A stretch of DNA of 46,584 nucleotides, from contig JBAXPX010000003.1 in the NCBI GenBank assembly GCA_037132055.1, positions 1 to 46,584 on the forward strand, in the 5' to 3' direction. The translations under genes were made by a program, and so were the position numbers. Positions 9,821 to 20,210 of this stretch are shown piece after piece. The notes beneath the pieces were generated by a model. The model did no database searches. It was not told the DNA's origin and saw only the letters and a list, made by a program, of their open reading frames with translations. The stretch comes from a bacterium (GTDB taxonomy: Bacteria > Patescibacteriota > Minisyncoccia > Phycocordibacterales > UBA9973). How positions within the stretch are numbered: position 1 is the stretch's first letter; each line of letters opens with the position of its first letter.

Positions 9821-10456
9821 TCATAAGAAATTAAGTATTATTTTACCAAAAATAAGGGTAAAAAGGGCTGCCACAATAAAAGCCGGCTCTATTTCTGTTA
9901 CTTTCTTGCCTTTTAGGTAATAAACAAAGGACAATATAATAGAAAACAGAAAACCAAGCGGGATAAAAATAATTACTCCAGGCCATCCTACTATTAGCAT
10001 TAAAATTAAAATAAGCTCTGGACCATATTCAGTAAAATTGCCACGATAAGATTTCCAAATCTTAAATAAAAAATACAATATTACAGAAACCAAAAATGAT
10101 ATAAAAACATAAAGCCACACTCGTCCTAATACATAATACAAAAAATATCCAAAATTATTTTCAAAAAATGGCCTTGTCCATTCTAGTAATTGAGGCATGG
10201 GTACTTGTTTAGGAAGTGGTGAATTCACAAAAACTCTAGTAAAATCACCTACAGTTGCCCATACATAATACTGTCCCCATGTTACAAAAGCACCATAAAG
10301 AAGATTAATTACAAATGAAACTATTATAAGTTTCAAAAAAGATATATTCCTTACCCAAGCTGGACGAAAGAACCGAATAGCGACAATAATCAAAAATAAA
10401 ATCCATATAACCAAAACAATTGTATTTAAATTAGAAAATATAAAATTTAGTTTCAT
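9821..10456 (-). CDS. Polytopic membrane protein resembling the C-terminal half of prepilin peptidase A24, with no GxGD motif
   Basis: IVGWPG..F..LGFLFS....K..EIEPAFIVAALFTLIFG parallels the A24 GW..../IPFGPF pattern; adjacent to pilins. Confidence 0.5.
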   Translation of the reverse strand: MKLNFIFSNLNTIVLVIWILFLIIVAIRFFRPAWVRNISFLKLIIVSFVINLLYGAFVTWGQYYVWATVGDFTRVFVNSPLPKQVPMPQLLEWTRPFFENNFGYFLYYVLGRVWLYVFISFLVSVILYFLFKIWKSYRGNFTEYGPELILILMLIVGWPGVIIFIPLGFLFSIILSFVYYLKGKKVTEIEPAFIVAALFTLIFGKIILNFL

Positions 10457-10496
10457 TTTTCAAAGCTTTTTATAATAAAAATCACAAAACAATAAT

Positions 10497-10874
10497 CTAG
10501 GTTTTTATATATACTTTTATTTTATCAATAACTTCTTGTATGGTAGTATCAATTTTAACTAAATAATCATTTGCGCCAAGCACTAGCGCACGTTCTTTGT
10601 CTGCCTGTTCCCAAAGATTGGAAAGAACAATAATAGGAGTATTCAAAAATGCTGTGTTGTGTCTTACTTGTTCCAATACCCAAAAACCATCTTTTTTGGG
10701 AAGCATAAGGTCAAGAAGTATTAAATCCGGCTTTTCAGAAAAAACCTTAGAAACCGCATCTTCTCCATCACTTGCTATAATAGCATCTATCTTTTCTAGC
10801 TCAAGTTTAAGTCTGTAAACTTTTGCGATATGTTCATCATCTTCGACAATAACTATTTTTTTTACTTTATTCAT
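10497..10874 (-). CDS. Single-domain response regulator (CheY-like receiver)
   Basis: IVEDD, LLDLMLP..DG, LSN and YLVK motifs. Confidence 0.93.
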   Translation of the reverse strand: MNKVKKIVIVEDDEHIAKVYRLKLELEKIDAIIASDGEDAVSKVFSEKPDLILLDLMLPKKDGFWVLEQVRHNTAFLNTPIIVLSNLWEQADKERALVLGANDYLVKIDTTIQEVIDKIKVYIKT

Positions 10875-10878
10875 AAAA

Positions 10879-11259
10879 CTATTTTTTAAAATAGGAATTT
10901 ATTCTATCGACGAGCTCTTGTATGGGGTGATCAATTTTTACTAGATATTCTGTCGCTCCTAGTTCTAGCGCCCTAGCCGCATCTGTTTTTTGGCCAAGGT
11001 TAGAAATTACCAAAATTGGAATTTTAGAATATTTAGAATTTTTTCTCATTTCTTCCAACACCCAAAAACCATCTTTTTTGGGAAGCATAAGGTCAAGAAT
11101 AATAAGGTCTGGTTTTTCATTTTCTACCATCTTAACAGCTTCTTCTCCATCACGTGCAAGAATAGTGAAAAGCCCTTCTTTTGCAAGCTGTATCTCATAA
11201 ACCTTTGAAATGTGCTGATCATCTTCTACTATTAGAACTCTTTTTTGATTTTCACTCAT
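10879..11259 (-). CDS. Single-domain response regulator (CheY-like receiver)
   Basis: IVEDD, ILDLMLP..DG, ISN and YLVK motifs. Confidence 0.93.
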   Translation of the reverse strand: MSENQKRVLIVEDDQHISKVYEIQLAKEGLFTILARDGEEAVKMVENEKPDLIILDLMLPKKDGFWVLEEMRKNSKYSKIPILVISNLGQKTDAARALELGATEYLVKIDHPIQELVDRINSYFKK

Positions 11260-11309
11260 ATGCTTTATATTCTAACATTTATAAAAAAGGAATCAAACAA
11301 ATGCTCAAA

Positions 11310-13610
11310 TTATTCAGTCGGTATTGTAAAGAAAAATGTTGTTCCTTTCCCCTCTTCTGTCTCAAACCAAACTCTACCTCCCCACGAAGTTACAATATCT
11401 TTTACGAAAGCAAGTCCAAGCCCTGTACCATCAGGAATTTTTAATATAGCATTTTCTGCACGAAAGAACTTAGAAAAAATCCTATTGCGAGCAACAACTG
11501 GGATACCTATACCATTATCTCGAACAGAATAAACAACTTCTTTATTTTCTTTATCAACCAACCAGCGTCCTTCAATGGTACCATTGTTATTTGTATAACG
11601 AATAGCATTGGCAAAAAGATTCAGAATAACTTGTCTTAATGAAACTGGATCAATCAAAACTACTATTGGGTCAGTTTGCGCTGAAAAAGAAAAATATACA
11701 AGCTTTTTCTCAATCATACTAGGAGAAAGTTCCCTTATTACTTCTGTAGTTATAACGGTTAGATCTATTGGTATTTTTTCTTTTCCTGTTTTTCCACTTT
11801 CTATACGAGAAATACCAAGTAAAAGATTTATGGTTTGGTAAAGACGATTAACACCATCGTGAATTTCTTTTGCGAGATCAATCTGAGATTTATTTAACAT
11901 CCCATAACTTCCAGATAAAAGCATCTCCGAATACCAGCGTATAGTAGTAAGTGGAGTACGAAGTTGATGTGATGCCGTAGAAATAAATCCAGATTTTGCT
12001 CTGTCTAGTTCCCGATCTTTGTTCGCATCACGAATAACCATAACAACATTTGCCTTGTTTTGATCACTCTTTAATTCACTATTAAGTGGAGCGACGGAAA
12101 TGGTAACTGCAAGAGGACTGTTTTGTCTTTCAGTTTTTATTGAAATATCATCTTCTAAGCTAGTCGTAATAATCTGATTGTCAGTAAAAGACTTTTCTAT
12201 GGGCCACCCTTTAACGGGAATTTCTTTTTTACTTTTTATAAATTTTACAACATCATAAAGGTTTTTTCCTAAAATTTCATTCTCTTCATAACCCAAAAGC
12301 TCTAATGCCTTTGGATTTATAAGTGTTATTTTGTACTGTCTATCTAAAATAATAAGCCCTTCACCCATTGATGAAATAATCGTCTTCATTCGTGCATCAT
12401 CCACCTCAAGACTCTTCTTAGTTTTGGCCATATCGGTCATTAGACTTAAAATGGATTCCCTGTTTTCTTTTAATTTTGTATTGGCTTTTTCTATTTCGGT
12501 AATTTCTTGTTTTATTTGGCTTGCCTTTTTTTGCATTTCTAGTTCCATCTCTTTGTGTTCGGTAATATCTGTGACATATCCATACCATAAAAAACTCCCA
12601 TCTGATAACTTTTCTGGCCTTGATTTCCCTCTCAACCATCTGATTCCACGAGAAAGATTTACTCTAAATTCATGATCCCATTCTTTCATTGTGTCCATGG
12701 AATTTTTTATAGAATCATTAAATTCTTTTAAATCATCACCATATACACGGTCAAATATTTTTGATGCATTTTCTTTTACTTCTTCTTTTGTAACTTCAAA
12801 AATTTCCCAAATTCTTTTACTTACATAAGGAACTGTTTTTCTACCATCTGGAAATATCTGAAATTGAAAAAATATTCCGGGTACATGTTCAACGTATTGT
12901 TTTAGTATTATATTTTTTTCCAATAACTCTTTTTTGTCCCTAAGTAAATATAATACATAAAAGAATACAACAGAAAATGATATTTCAGAAAAAATTATTA
13001 TTAATATTGGAAGTCTCTTTGTGTTATTTATTTTATTCTGATAAAACAACTTATAATCCATGTCTGAGGCAAGGACACTCACTGTTTCATTGTTTTCTTT
13101 ATCGACAACAGGAACAACTGTAGAAATACAGTTACCCCATTTGTCAGTATATGGTTCAGTTATTGAAGATATTCCACTTGTCCATGCTTTATCTACAGCC
13201 TCTTTAAAATTTAAACTGGCGTCAGTATAGATATCCCCAGGATCACTATAGTCAGGTGAATCATTTGGGATTGAATCAACAGAAAAGACAATTTGTCCAT
13301 CTTTTGGGACTATTGTATAAATCCATCTTATTCCAAAAACTTTATTAAGTCTTCCTATCTCTAGAAGTTTTTCTCTAATATCTTTATAATCCTGATTTTC
13401 TTTGTCAGAAAGATTTAGTTGTAAGTTTTTAAATTTTTGCGAGTCAAGGATATCAGCAAATGTTTGGGTCAAGACAATCATCTCCTCCCTTATTTTTTTC
13501 TCCTCATTTTTACTAACTTTTGATACATACACAATTCCAATAGAAAAAATAACAGTTAAGCCAAACAGAAAAAATAAATATTTATTAACTTTACTTAATG
13601 GTCTATGCAT
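11310..13610 (-). CDS. Membrane sensor histidine kinase with extracytoplasmic domain and two PAS domains
   Basis: Two TM segments, PAS-like regions, H-box ASHQLRTP, N-box NLFANAIRY, DNGIGI and GTGLGL. Confidence 0.93.
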   Translation of the reverse strand: MHRPLSKVNKYLFFLFGLTVIFSIGIVYVSKVSKNEEKKIREEMIVLTQTFADILDSQKFKNLQLNLSDKENQDYKDIREKLLEIGRLNKVFGIRWIYTIVPKDGQIVFSVDSIPNDSPDYSDPGDIYTDASLNFKEAVDKAWTSGISSITEPYTDKWGNCISTVVPVVDKENNETVSVLASDMDYKLFYQNKINNTKRLPILIIIFSEISFSVVFFYVLYLLRDKKELLEKNIILKQYVEHVPGIFFQFQIFPDGRKTVPYVSKRIWEIFEVTKEEVKENASKIFDRVYGDDLKEFNDSIKNSMDTMKEWDHEFRVNLSRGIRWLRGKSRPEKLSDGSFLWYGYVTDITEHKEMELEMQKKASQIKQEITEIEKANTKLKENRESILSLMTDMAKTKKSLEVDDARMKTIISSMGEGLIILDRQYKITLINPKALELLGYEENEILGKNLYDVVKFIKSKKEIPVKGWPIEKSFTDNQIITTSLEDDISIKTERQNSPLAVTISVAPLNSELKSDQNKANVVMVIRDANKDRELDRAKSGFISTASHQLRTPLTTIRWYSEMLLSGSYGMLNKSQIDLAKEIHDGVNRLYQTINLLLGISRIESGKTGKEKIPIDLTVITTEVIRELSPSMIEKKLVYFSFSAQTDPIVVLIDPVSLRQVILNLFANAIRYTNNNGTIEGRWLVDKENKEVVYSVRDNGIGIPVVARNRIFSKFFRAENAILKIPDGTGLGLAFVKDIVTSWGGRVWFETEEGKGTTFFFTIPTE

Positions 13611-13760
13611 TATATTTGTAAATTAACCACTGGTGTCATTAATATCTAAAAAAGTTATACTATATGGTATAAAGTATAGCATGAAAATACAAAACTTGTT
13701 ATAATTGCACCATATGCTGTTGTTCAATTATAACGTGCTCAAAAACTCAAAAGAATCATT

Positions 13761-15218
13761 ATGAACATTCTGAATCTTCTAACAAAAGAAAAACATATTG
13801 CCGGAATTGAAATAAATGATCGAGTCATTCGTATCGCTTATTTTCTCCGTAAGAAAAGATTCGATAGAAAATTGCATTCAAATAATACAGAAGTATTAGA
13901 ACACAAGCTAATACTAATAGAGGAACCCATCGCGGCAAATATGATTTCTGGAGGAGTTGTGATTGATAAAGAATTTTTAGGTAAAACTCTAAAAGATATA
14001 TGGACTAGAGCAAAACTCAGTTCAAATTATGCCATAGTCTCGATCCCCGAAGATAAGATTTATTCTCATATCTTCCCTTTTCCAAAGACTGTAAATGAAT
14101 CACAACTAAAAGAAGCGGTAAACCTGGCTATAGATTTTCAATTGCCTATTAAAAAAATTGATTCGTACATCGGTTGGGAAAATGCTGGAGATTCTCATGT
14201 TATAAACGAAGTTCTAATTTCTGGGATTTCTAAAAATATAGCAGATGGTTATATTGATGCTTTGAATTATGCTGGCATTAAAGTCCTCGCGCTAGAATCA
14301 CATCTTGCTAGTATTTCACGTTCAATAAAATTGAAACTCGGTCAGGCAACTTTATTAATAAAAAAAAGTGCCGACGGTGCTACCGTATTTATTTTAAAAG
14401 ATAGTATTATACAATTCTGTCGCACATTACCCATTCTTTTTGCAAAAGAAGACGGTTATCTAATAAAAGAAGCTGAACATATAAAAACCGCATTTGAATC
14501 TGAAAAAAGAACAACTGTCATAGACCTTTCCCTAGAAAAAGCAACAATACGAGATGAATATTTAAAATACCCGGAATTTAGTGGGACCAGTCAAGAGATG
14601 CAGTCAAAATGGCTCATAGCTATGGGATGTCTTATTCGTGGAGAAATTCCCAAAGGACAAGATAATCACATAAGCCTATTGCCAGTCGGTACAGCAGAGG
14701 CTTATGCATATCAAAAAACAACAACATTCATTACGCTCGTGCGTAATATGATAATCGGAGTATCAATATTCTTTTTATTTACATTTTCTGCGGCATACAT
14801 TTTTATTTTCTCCCTTTCTCAAACAGCTAACAAAAAAATAAACATTTCAGCTTCGCCTATTTCATCTGATGTTTTAGAAAAAGAAGAGTGGATAAAAAAA
14901 ATAAATCTAATAACTTCAACTTCGGAAGCAATTCTGTCGACTACGCCGGTGTGGAGTACGTTAGTTGATGATATTAAATCAAGAACTATTGATGGTATCG
15001 TTATATCAAACTTTTCTATTACTTCTGTAAGTGATCCAATATCAATCACGGGTACAGCAAAAGATCGCGTCACACTTAATCAATTTAAAAAATTACTACA
15101 AGAATCAACATATCTAAGCACGGTCGAGCTACCTCTTACAAATTTAGAACAAAAAGGAAATATACCGTTTTCGATATCTTCCCGTTTAAAAGATCCAAGT
15201 ATGTTATATTATAAATAA
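13761..15218 (+). CDS. PilM-PilN-like fusion protein
   Basis: N-terminal AGIEIND..IRI actin-like PilM start; ISLLP motif plus TM plus PilN-like C-terminus (ISITGTA...L..F..LL). Confidence 0.72.
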   Translation: MNILNLLTKEKHIAGIEINDRVIRIAYFLRKKRFDRKLHSNNTEVLEHKLILIEEPIAANMISGGVVIDKEFLGKTLKDIWTRAKLSSNYAIVSIPEDKIYSHIFPFPKTVNESQLKEAVNLAIDFQLPIKKIDSYIGWENAGDSHVINEVLISGISKNIADGYIDALNYAGIKVLALESHLASISRSIKLKLGQATLLIKKSADGATVFILKDSIIQFCRTLPILFAKEDGYLIKEAEHIKTAFESEKRTTVIDLSLEKATIRDEYLKYPEFSGTSQEMQSKWLIAMGCLIRGEIPKGQDNHISLLPVGTAEAYAYQKTTTFITLVRNMIIGVSIFFLFTFSAAYIFIFSLSQTANKKINISASPISSDVLEKEEWIKKINLITSTSEAILSTTPVWSTLVDDIKSRTIDGIVISNFSITSVSDPISITGTAKDRVTLNQFKKLLQESTYLSTVELPLTNLEQKGNIPFSISSRLKDPSMLYYK

Positions 15219-15220
15219 TT

Positions 15221-15781
15221 ATGTTTACTGTAAAAAACCTATTAATACTCATTGGGCGCCACGCAATAGTATCTCTTATAGTAGTATCTATTACTGTAAT
15301 TGCAATATTTTTTATTTCAAAAGAAGTCGAACGTATCTCTGATTCTGTAGCTCTAAACCATAGATTGGAGTCAGAACTTAAAAAAAGAACTGAGCTTCTA
15401 GAAGCTTTAAAAAATGATGTACAAAGGATCGGTACAAATGATATTCAAATAGACAATGCATTTATATCTTCTGAAGATATTTCTGGATTCATAAATACAC
15501 TTGATAATTTGGCACAGAAAGAATCTATAACTCAAGTTTATCGTTTTGAAACACCGATACCATCAAGTATGTCCGCCCCATTTCCAATTTCAACAATTTC
15601 GTATTCAGACAGCTTAACAACTAATGTTTCAAGTTTTTCCAATTATTTAAAAGAATTTGAAAAGTTGCCTTATTTTACCAAGATAGATGGATTTAATATT
15701 TCATCACAGGATAAGACTGGCTGGCTTGGCACATCTACAATATCTTTTCGTGCAACATTATACACAAAATCTATACAATAA
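15221..15781 (+). CDS. PilO-like alignment-complex protein
   Basis: N-terminal TM, coiled coil and FSNYLKEFEKLPYFTKID motif; follows pilMN. Confidence 0.6.
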   Translation: MFTVKNLLILIGRHAIVSLIVVSITVIAIFFISKEVERISDSVALNHRLESELKKRTELLEALKNDVQRIGTNDIQIDNAFISSEDISGFINTLDNLAQKESITQVYRFETPIPSSMSAPFPISTISYSDSLTTNVSSFSNYLKEFEKLPYFTKIDGFNISSQDKTGWLGTSTISFRATLYTKSIQ

Positions 15782-15785
15782 ATTT

Positions 15786-16433
15786 ATGGATAAAAAAGAC
15801 ACCGACATACGAAAAATACTTAAAAAGATGAAACCCTCTGATTTTATTTATTTGGGTGTAATTTTTGTGTTTTTTATAATAGTGGTAATATTATTTTCAT
15901 ATTCCACAGGTTTTATAATAAAAAACGTAAATAAAATTTTTTCATCAGATAAAGAAACAAATACCCAGCTTCTTGATGTACCAAGGTATACACTGATAGC
16001 AAAAAAACTTAATTTACCAATAAATACTATCTCAGAAAATACACCTAGTCAGGAACCATTACCCCCAGCAAGCGAACCTGAAACAGAGAACGACAGTGCT
16101 ATAACTGATGTAAATAATACAACACAAGACCCCGTGGCAAACATACCTGAATTAGATAAAAGTTTAATCACAATAAATGTACTAAACAGTACTAGCAAAA
16201 AATCCATAGCTTCTGTGTTGGCTCAGGTGTTTAAAGATGCTGGATTTCCTAATGTAAAATCAGGAAATGAAAAAATTCTTTATGAAAACACAACAATTGT
16301 AATTAAGGAAACTAGAAAAGAATACTCTCCTCTTATAGAACAACTAGTTCTTGTGTCTTACCCCAAAGCCACAACAAAAATAGTCACTGACAAATATGAC
16401 TTTGATGTTACTGTAATAATAGGCAAAGATTGA
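15786..16433 (+). CDS. Membrane protein with LytR C-terminal-like domain
   Basis: TM, linker, then INVLNSTS..IAS...DVTVIIGKD. Start reassigned to ATG 15786. Confidence 0.75.
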   Translation: MDKKDTDIRKILKKMKPSDFIYLGVIFVFFIIVVILFSYSTGFIIKNVNKIFSSDKETNTQLLDVPRYTLIAKKLNLPINTISENTPSQEPLPPASEPETENDSAITDVNNTTQDPVANIPELDKSLITINVLNSTSKKSIASVLAQVFKDAGFPNVKSGNEKILYENTTIVIKETRKEYSPLIEQLVLVSYPKATTKIVTDKYDFDVTVIIGKD

Positions 16434-16437
16434 ATAT

Positions 16438-17112
16438 CTAATTTTTTTCTATAGAAATAATTTTCCCGTCATCTAGACGAACTATGCGTTCTGCAAATTT
16501 ACTGTATTCCACTTCGTGTGTAACCATTATTATGGTCTGTCCTTCAGCGTGTAATTCTTTAAAAATATTCATAATAACACTTGATGATTCATTGTCTAAG
16601 TTTGCAGTTGGTTCATCTGCAAAAAGAATTTTTGGTTCGTGTGCTATCGCACGTGCAATACTCACCCTTTGTTGTTCTCCACCAGACAATTTGCTTGGTA
16701 AATTATTTAATCTCTTCTCAAGACCAACTCTAGTTAGGGCTTCTGTTGCTTTGTGATAAGCTTTTTTTTCTGAAACATTTTGCATCAAAAGTGGTAATGC
16801 TACATTTTCAAGCGCAGTCATCTCTGGAAGTAAAGCATAGTCCTGAAATACATAACCGAGTTCGGATAAACGAAAATAAGTTCTCTCTGATATGGTTAAA
16901 GATGCTATATTCTTTTCATCTATAAAAATTTCTCCGCTAGTTGGTTCGTCAAGAAGACTCATCTGATATAGAAGAGTACTTTTACCAGCTCCAGATCGTC
17001 CCATTATTGCCACAAATTCTCCACTTTTAGCAACAAAATCTATTCCCTTAAGAACCTCTGTTACGCTTTCCCCATCTTTAAATGATTTTTTTAAATTTTT
17101 TACTTCAATCAT
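16438..17112 (-). CDS. ABC transporter ATP-binding protein (LolD/MacB-like)
   Basis: GRSGAGKS, LSGGEQQR, ADEPT and VTH motifs. Confidence 0.95.
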   Translation of the reverse strand: MIEVKNLKKSFKDGESVTEVLKGIDFVAKSGEFVAIMGRSGAGKSTLLYQMSLLDEPTSGEIFIDEKNIASLTISERTYFRLSELGYVFQDYALLPEMTALENVALPLLMQNVSEKKAYHKATEALTRVGLEKRLNNLPSKLSGGEQQRVSIARAIAHEPKILFADEPTANLDNESSSVIMNIFKELHAEGQTIIMVTHEVEYSKFAERIVRLDDGKIISIEKN

Positions 17113-17116
17113 AAAA

Positions 17117-18373
17117 TTAATTTCTTCCTAAAATAGAATCTAAGGTATTTTTGCGTACAACCAAACGAGCTGGTATAAAACCAGCTATTATTGTTGTTAC
17201 CATTAATAATCCAACACGAAACATTGTTCCATTAATTGGAGCAACCAATATACCATCACTAAAAGGAAAATCTATGGGATTGGCCGCGACAAAAGGTTGT
17301 AAAAAACCATAAAGCACAATTATACCGACAACTGAACCACACAAAGCATAGAAAAAGGATTGAAAGATGTAAGAAATTTCTATAGCTTGTTCACTAATTC
17401 CTATACCTTTTAATATACCAATAAATTTTCTTCTAGTTATGGCATTTATAAAAATAACGATAAAAATAGTGATAGATGCCACAACGAGACCAATGGAAGA
17501 AAGCATATTCCCAAGTAAAGCAAAAGTGTCTTTCATGTCTTTAATAAACTTCGGCTCTGCGTCATTGTATGTTTGTACTTTTGCAACATTGTCTATGCCA
17601 CTTTGTTTTAAAATATCTCTTACAGTTGCAGGATCTACTCCCTGTTTTAGTTTGATAGAAATTTCAGCAACGTTGTAATCGTTACGTCCAATCATGCTTC
17701 TTAATTGAGAATCAACCATAAAAACTCTCATAGAAAGTTCGTCAACTTTGGCTTTTATTATCCCTTTTATTGTAACTTCACGTTGTACACCATGCACGTT
17801 TAATCTAATTTTTGTTCCAGGTCCAATGTTGTTAAGTGCAGAAAATCCTGGTGAATCAATAGGTAGATATTTTTTATCCAAATATGCCCCCACTAAAACC
17901 TGATCATAGTCTCCTGGTTTTAAATATTCTCCTTCAACTATGAATTTTGAAAGATTGGTCACTTTATCCTCAGCAACAGGGTCAATTCCTGTTATTGACG
18001 CCACGGCAGTATTTGGTTTTTCCTTCAAATCAGTACGTGTCTTATAATTTGCTTCAAGGGTACCACCGTCTAAATATCGTGCTGTCATTGCCTCTACTTG
18101 AGGCAATGATTTTACTATACTGATAACTTCAGGACTATTCTCTATGTATGTTTTATTATTCAAAGAAGAGATAATCACGTCACTGGTATAATGAATCCTA
18201 ACAGCATCCACTGCACCCTGTATAAGCCCTACCAAAATTCCACTTATAACAACTAAGTTTAGGAACGTAAAAAACATCACAAAAATAATGAGAAAGGTAG
18301 TCCATGGATTTGATCTTTCTATTTGGTGCCTCGCAAGAAAAAATCCAATGCGAATATTTAATGAAGAAAACAT
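17117..18373 (-). CDS. ABC transporter permease (FtsX/MacB-like)
   Basis: N-terminal TM, large extracytoplasmic domain, RRKFIGILKGIG plus three TMs. Confidence 0.9.
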   Translation of the reverse strand: MFSSLNIRIGFFLARHQIERSNPWTTFLIIFVMFFTFLNLVVISGILVGLIQGAVDAVRIHYTSDVIISSLNNKTYIENSPEVISIVKSLPQVEAMTARYLDGGTLEANYKTRTDLKEKPNTAVASITGIDPVAEDKVTNLSKFIVEGEYLKPGDYDQVLVGAYLDKKYLPIDSPGFSALNNIGPGTKIRLNVHGVQREVTIKGIIKAKVDELSMRVFMVDSQLRSMIGRNDYNVAEISIKLKQGVDPATVRDILKQSGIDNVAKVQTYNDAEPKFIKDMKDTFALLGNMLSSIGLVVASITIFIVIFINAITRRKFIGILKGIGISEQAIEISYIFQSFFYALCGSVVGIIVLYGFLQPFVAANPIDFPFSDGILVAPINGTMFRVGLLMVTTIIAGFIPARLVVRKNTLDSILGRN

Positions 18374-18374
18374 A

Positions 18375-19940
18375 TTATTTTACTTGAGGATTAAGGATAA
18401 CTACATCACCATCAGATAATCCAGAAATTATTTCAATTTGTCCTAAAGAAGAAACGCTTCCAGTAATAACTTCTCTATCTAATAATTTTTCATTAATTTT
18501 AACTTGAATAAACTTTTTACCATTTCTGTCAAAGACAACTCCACCCGGTACAACTATGACATTTGGTTTATTAAAAATTGTAATTGATACGTTTGCAGTC
18601 ATTCCTGATTTTATACGATCGTCTTTGTTTGAAAATTGAAGTTTTATTTTATAAGTCGAAATTCCATCTCGGATTGTTTCAGCTGGATCTATGGAAACAA
18701 CTTTCGACAAAAAAGATACACTTGATCCATAGGCGTCTAATGTTATCTTTGCTTCGTTACCTAGCTTGATTTGAGCAATGTTCACTTCCGGTACAAAACT
18801 TTCTATCTGGAAAGTTCCAGCGCCCATCATAGAAATCAAAGATGTATTTGGTGATGCAATTTCCCCAACCTTGGCATCCATTTTTGTTATTTCTCCATCA
18901 AATGGTGCTAAAACTAATGTTTTAGCAAGTGTCGCCTGTGCGCTTGCAACATTTGCTTCTGCCACTTGAACTTGAGCAACTTGAGCTTGAATATCTTCTT
19001 GTGTAGCACCCGCCTGTTGAAGTTTTAGATTATTTTGTTTAACAACTAAATCAGTCTGAGCATTTTTGTATGATGTAATAGCTGAAGACATGGAAGAAAT
19101 GGCAGTATCTATACTTAATCTGGCTACAGAAGTATCAGACTTCCACAAACTAGGTATTGGTACTCCACTATAAGTACTGTTTGTATTGTTTGTTATTGTA
19201 GAAATTTCTGCTAAAAATAACTTAAGTTGATTTAAGTTGTTTTCTGAATCTGAAATAGATTTATCTATATTGGTTTCAGGATTAATTTGTGAAATAGATT
19301 TTTGCCACAAATCAAGCATCTTTCCTATGGAAGATCTGCCCATGTTTACTCTTGAAATAAGGTCAGAGTCGTTGGTAGATATAATTATAGTAGGGTTGTT
19401 TGTTAAAGGATTTTGAAAAAATTGGTCTATTTTGTTTTTTATTGCATCATCTGCTTTTGTATAAGAATCACTGATATAGTTGATAAGCGTTTGCTTGGCT
19501 TGGTCAAAAGAAGTTTGAGCACTGACTACAGATGATTCTGTCACCGCTATTTGTTCTGGTCTTGTACCTGCTTCTAAAGATTTTAATTTTGCTTGCTCAC
19601 TCAAAAGAGCCGCTTCTTTTTGTTTTAAATCTGCTTGCAAGTCTCCATTTTCAACACTTGCTAAAATCTGACCACCATAAACATGGTCTCCAACTTTTGC
19701 TCGAACCGAAGAAATACGCCCTCCCTGATAAAAACCGAGGTCAACACTTTCAGATGGTATAACTTTTCCAGAAACAGAAACTTCGTTTATAAAATCACCA
19801 ATGTGCACAGTTATGGTTTCTTGGTTTATGGCTTTATTATTGAAAATAAATATCCCACAGATAATAAGTATTATACCGAGAAAAATGTAAATATATTTAT
19901 TCTTTTTTAATAAATGCAAAAGTTTTTTTATATATATCAT
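18375..19940 (-). CDS. MacA/HlyD-type adaptor subunit with a long alpha-helical hairpin
   Basis: Lipoyl-like halves (GRIS.V.AKVGD.V..GQILA; APFDGEI), VPEVNIAQIKLG and IKSGMTANV. Confidence 0.9.
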   Translation of the reverse strand: MIYIKKLLHLLKKNKYIYIFLGIILIICGIFIFNNKAINQETITVHIGDFINEVSVSGKVIPSESVDLGFYQGGRISSVRAKVGDHVYGGQILASVENGDLQADLKQKEAALLSEQAKLKSLEAGTRPEQIAVTESSVVSAQTSFDQAKQTLINYISDSYTKADDAIKNKIDQFFQNPLTNNPTIIISTNDSDLISRVNMGRSSIGKMLDLWQKSISQINPETNIDKSISDSENNLNQLKLFLAEISTITNNTNSTYSGVPIPSLWKSDTSVARLSIDTAISSMSSAITSYKNAQTDLVVKQNNLKLQQAGATQEDIQAQVAQVQVAEANVASAQATLAKTLVLAPFDGEITKMDAKVGEIASPNTSLISMMGAGTFQIESFVPEVNIAQIKLGNEAKITLDAYGSSVSFLSKVVSIDPAETIRDGISTYKIKLQFSNKDDRIKSGMTANVSITIFNKPNVIVVPGGVVFDRNGKKFIQVKINEKLLDREVITGSVSSLGQIEIISGLSDGDVVILNPQVK

Positions 19941-19967
19941 ACAAGCTTATTGTAACACACTAATGTT

Positions 19968-20183
19968 TTAAACCAATTTTTTTAATTCCTCTTCATGTTT
20001 TTTCATAACCTCCATAGATGCACTAGCTTGATCCATGCCAGATTTTACTTTTTGTTGTATTTCAGAGGCTATTGTTTTAAAAAGTTCTGGATTTTTTTCC
20101 ATCATATGGATTACCATATCTATTTGTGCTTCTGGTATACCTTGCGCTTTAAGCATTTTTTTAAGTAAAAAATTTTTTAACAT
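19968..20183 (-). CDS. Small helical hypothetical protein
   Basis: 71-aa ORF fills the gap between co-oriented genes; no function recognised. Confidence 0.7.
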   Translation of the reverse strand: MLKNFLLKKMLKAQGIPEAQIDMVIHMMEKNPELFKTIASEIQQKVKSGMDQASASMEVMKKHEEELKKLV

Positions 20184-20210
20184 AAATAAAAATTAAATTT
20201 AATAATATCT

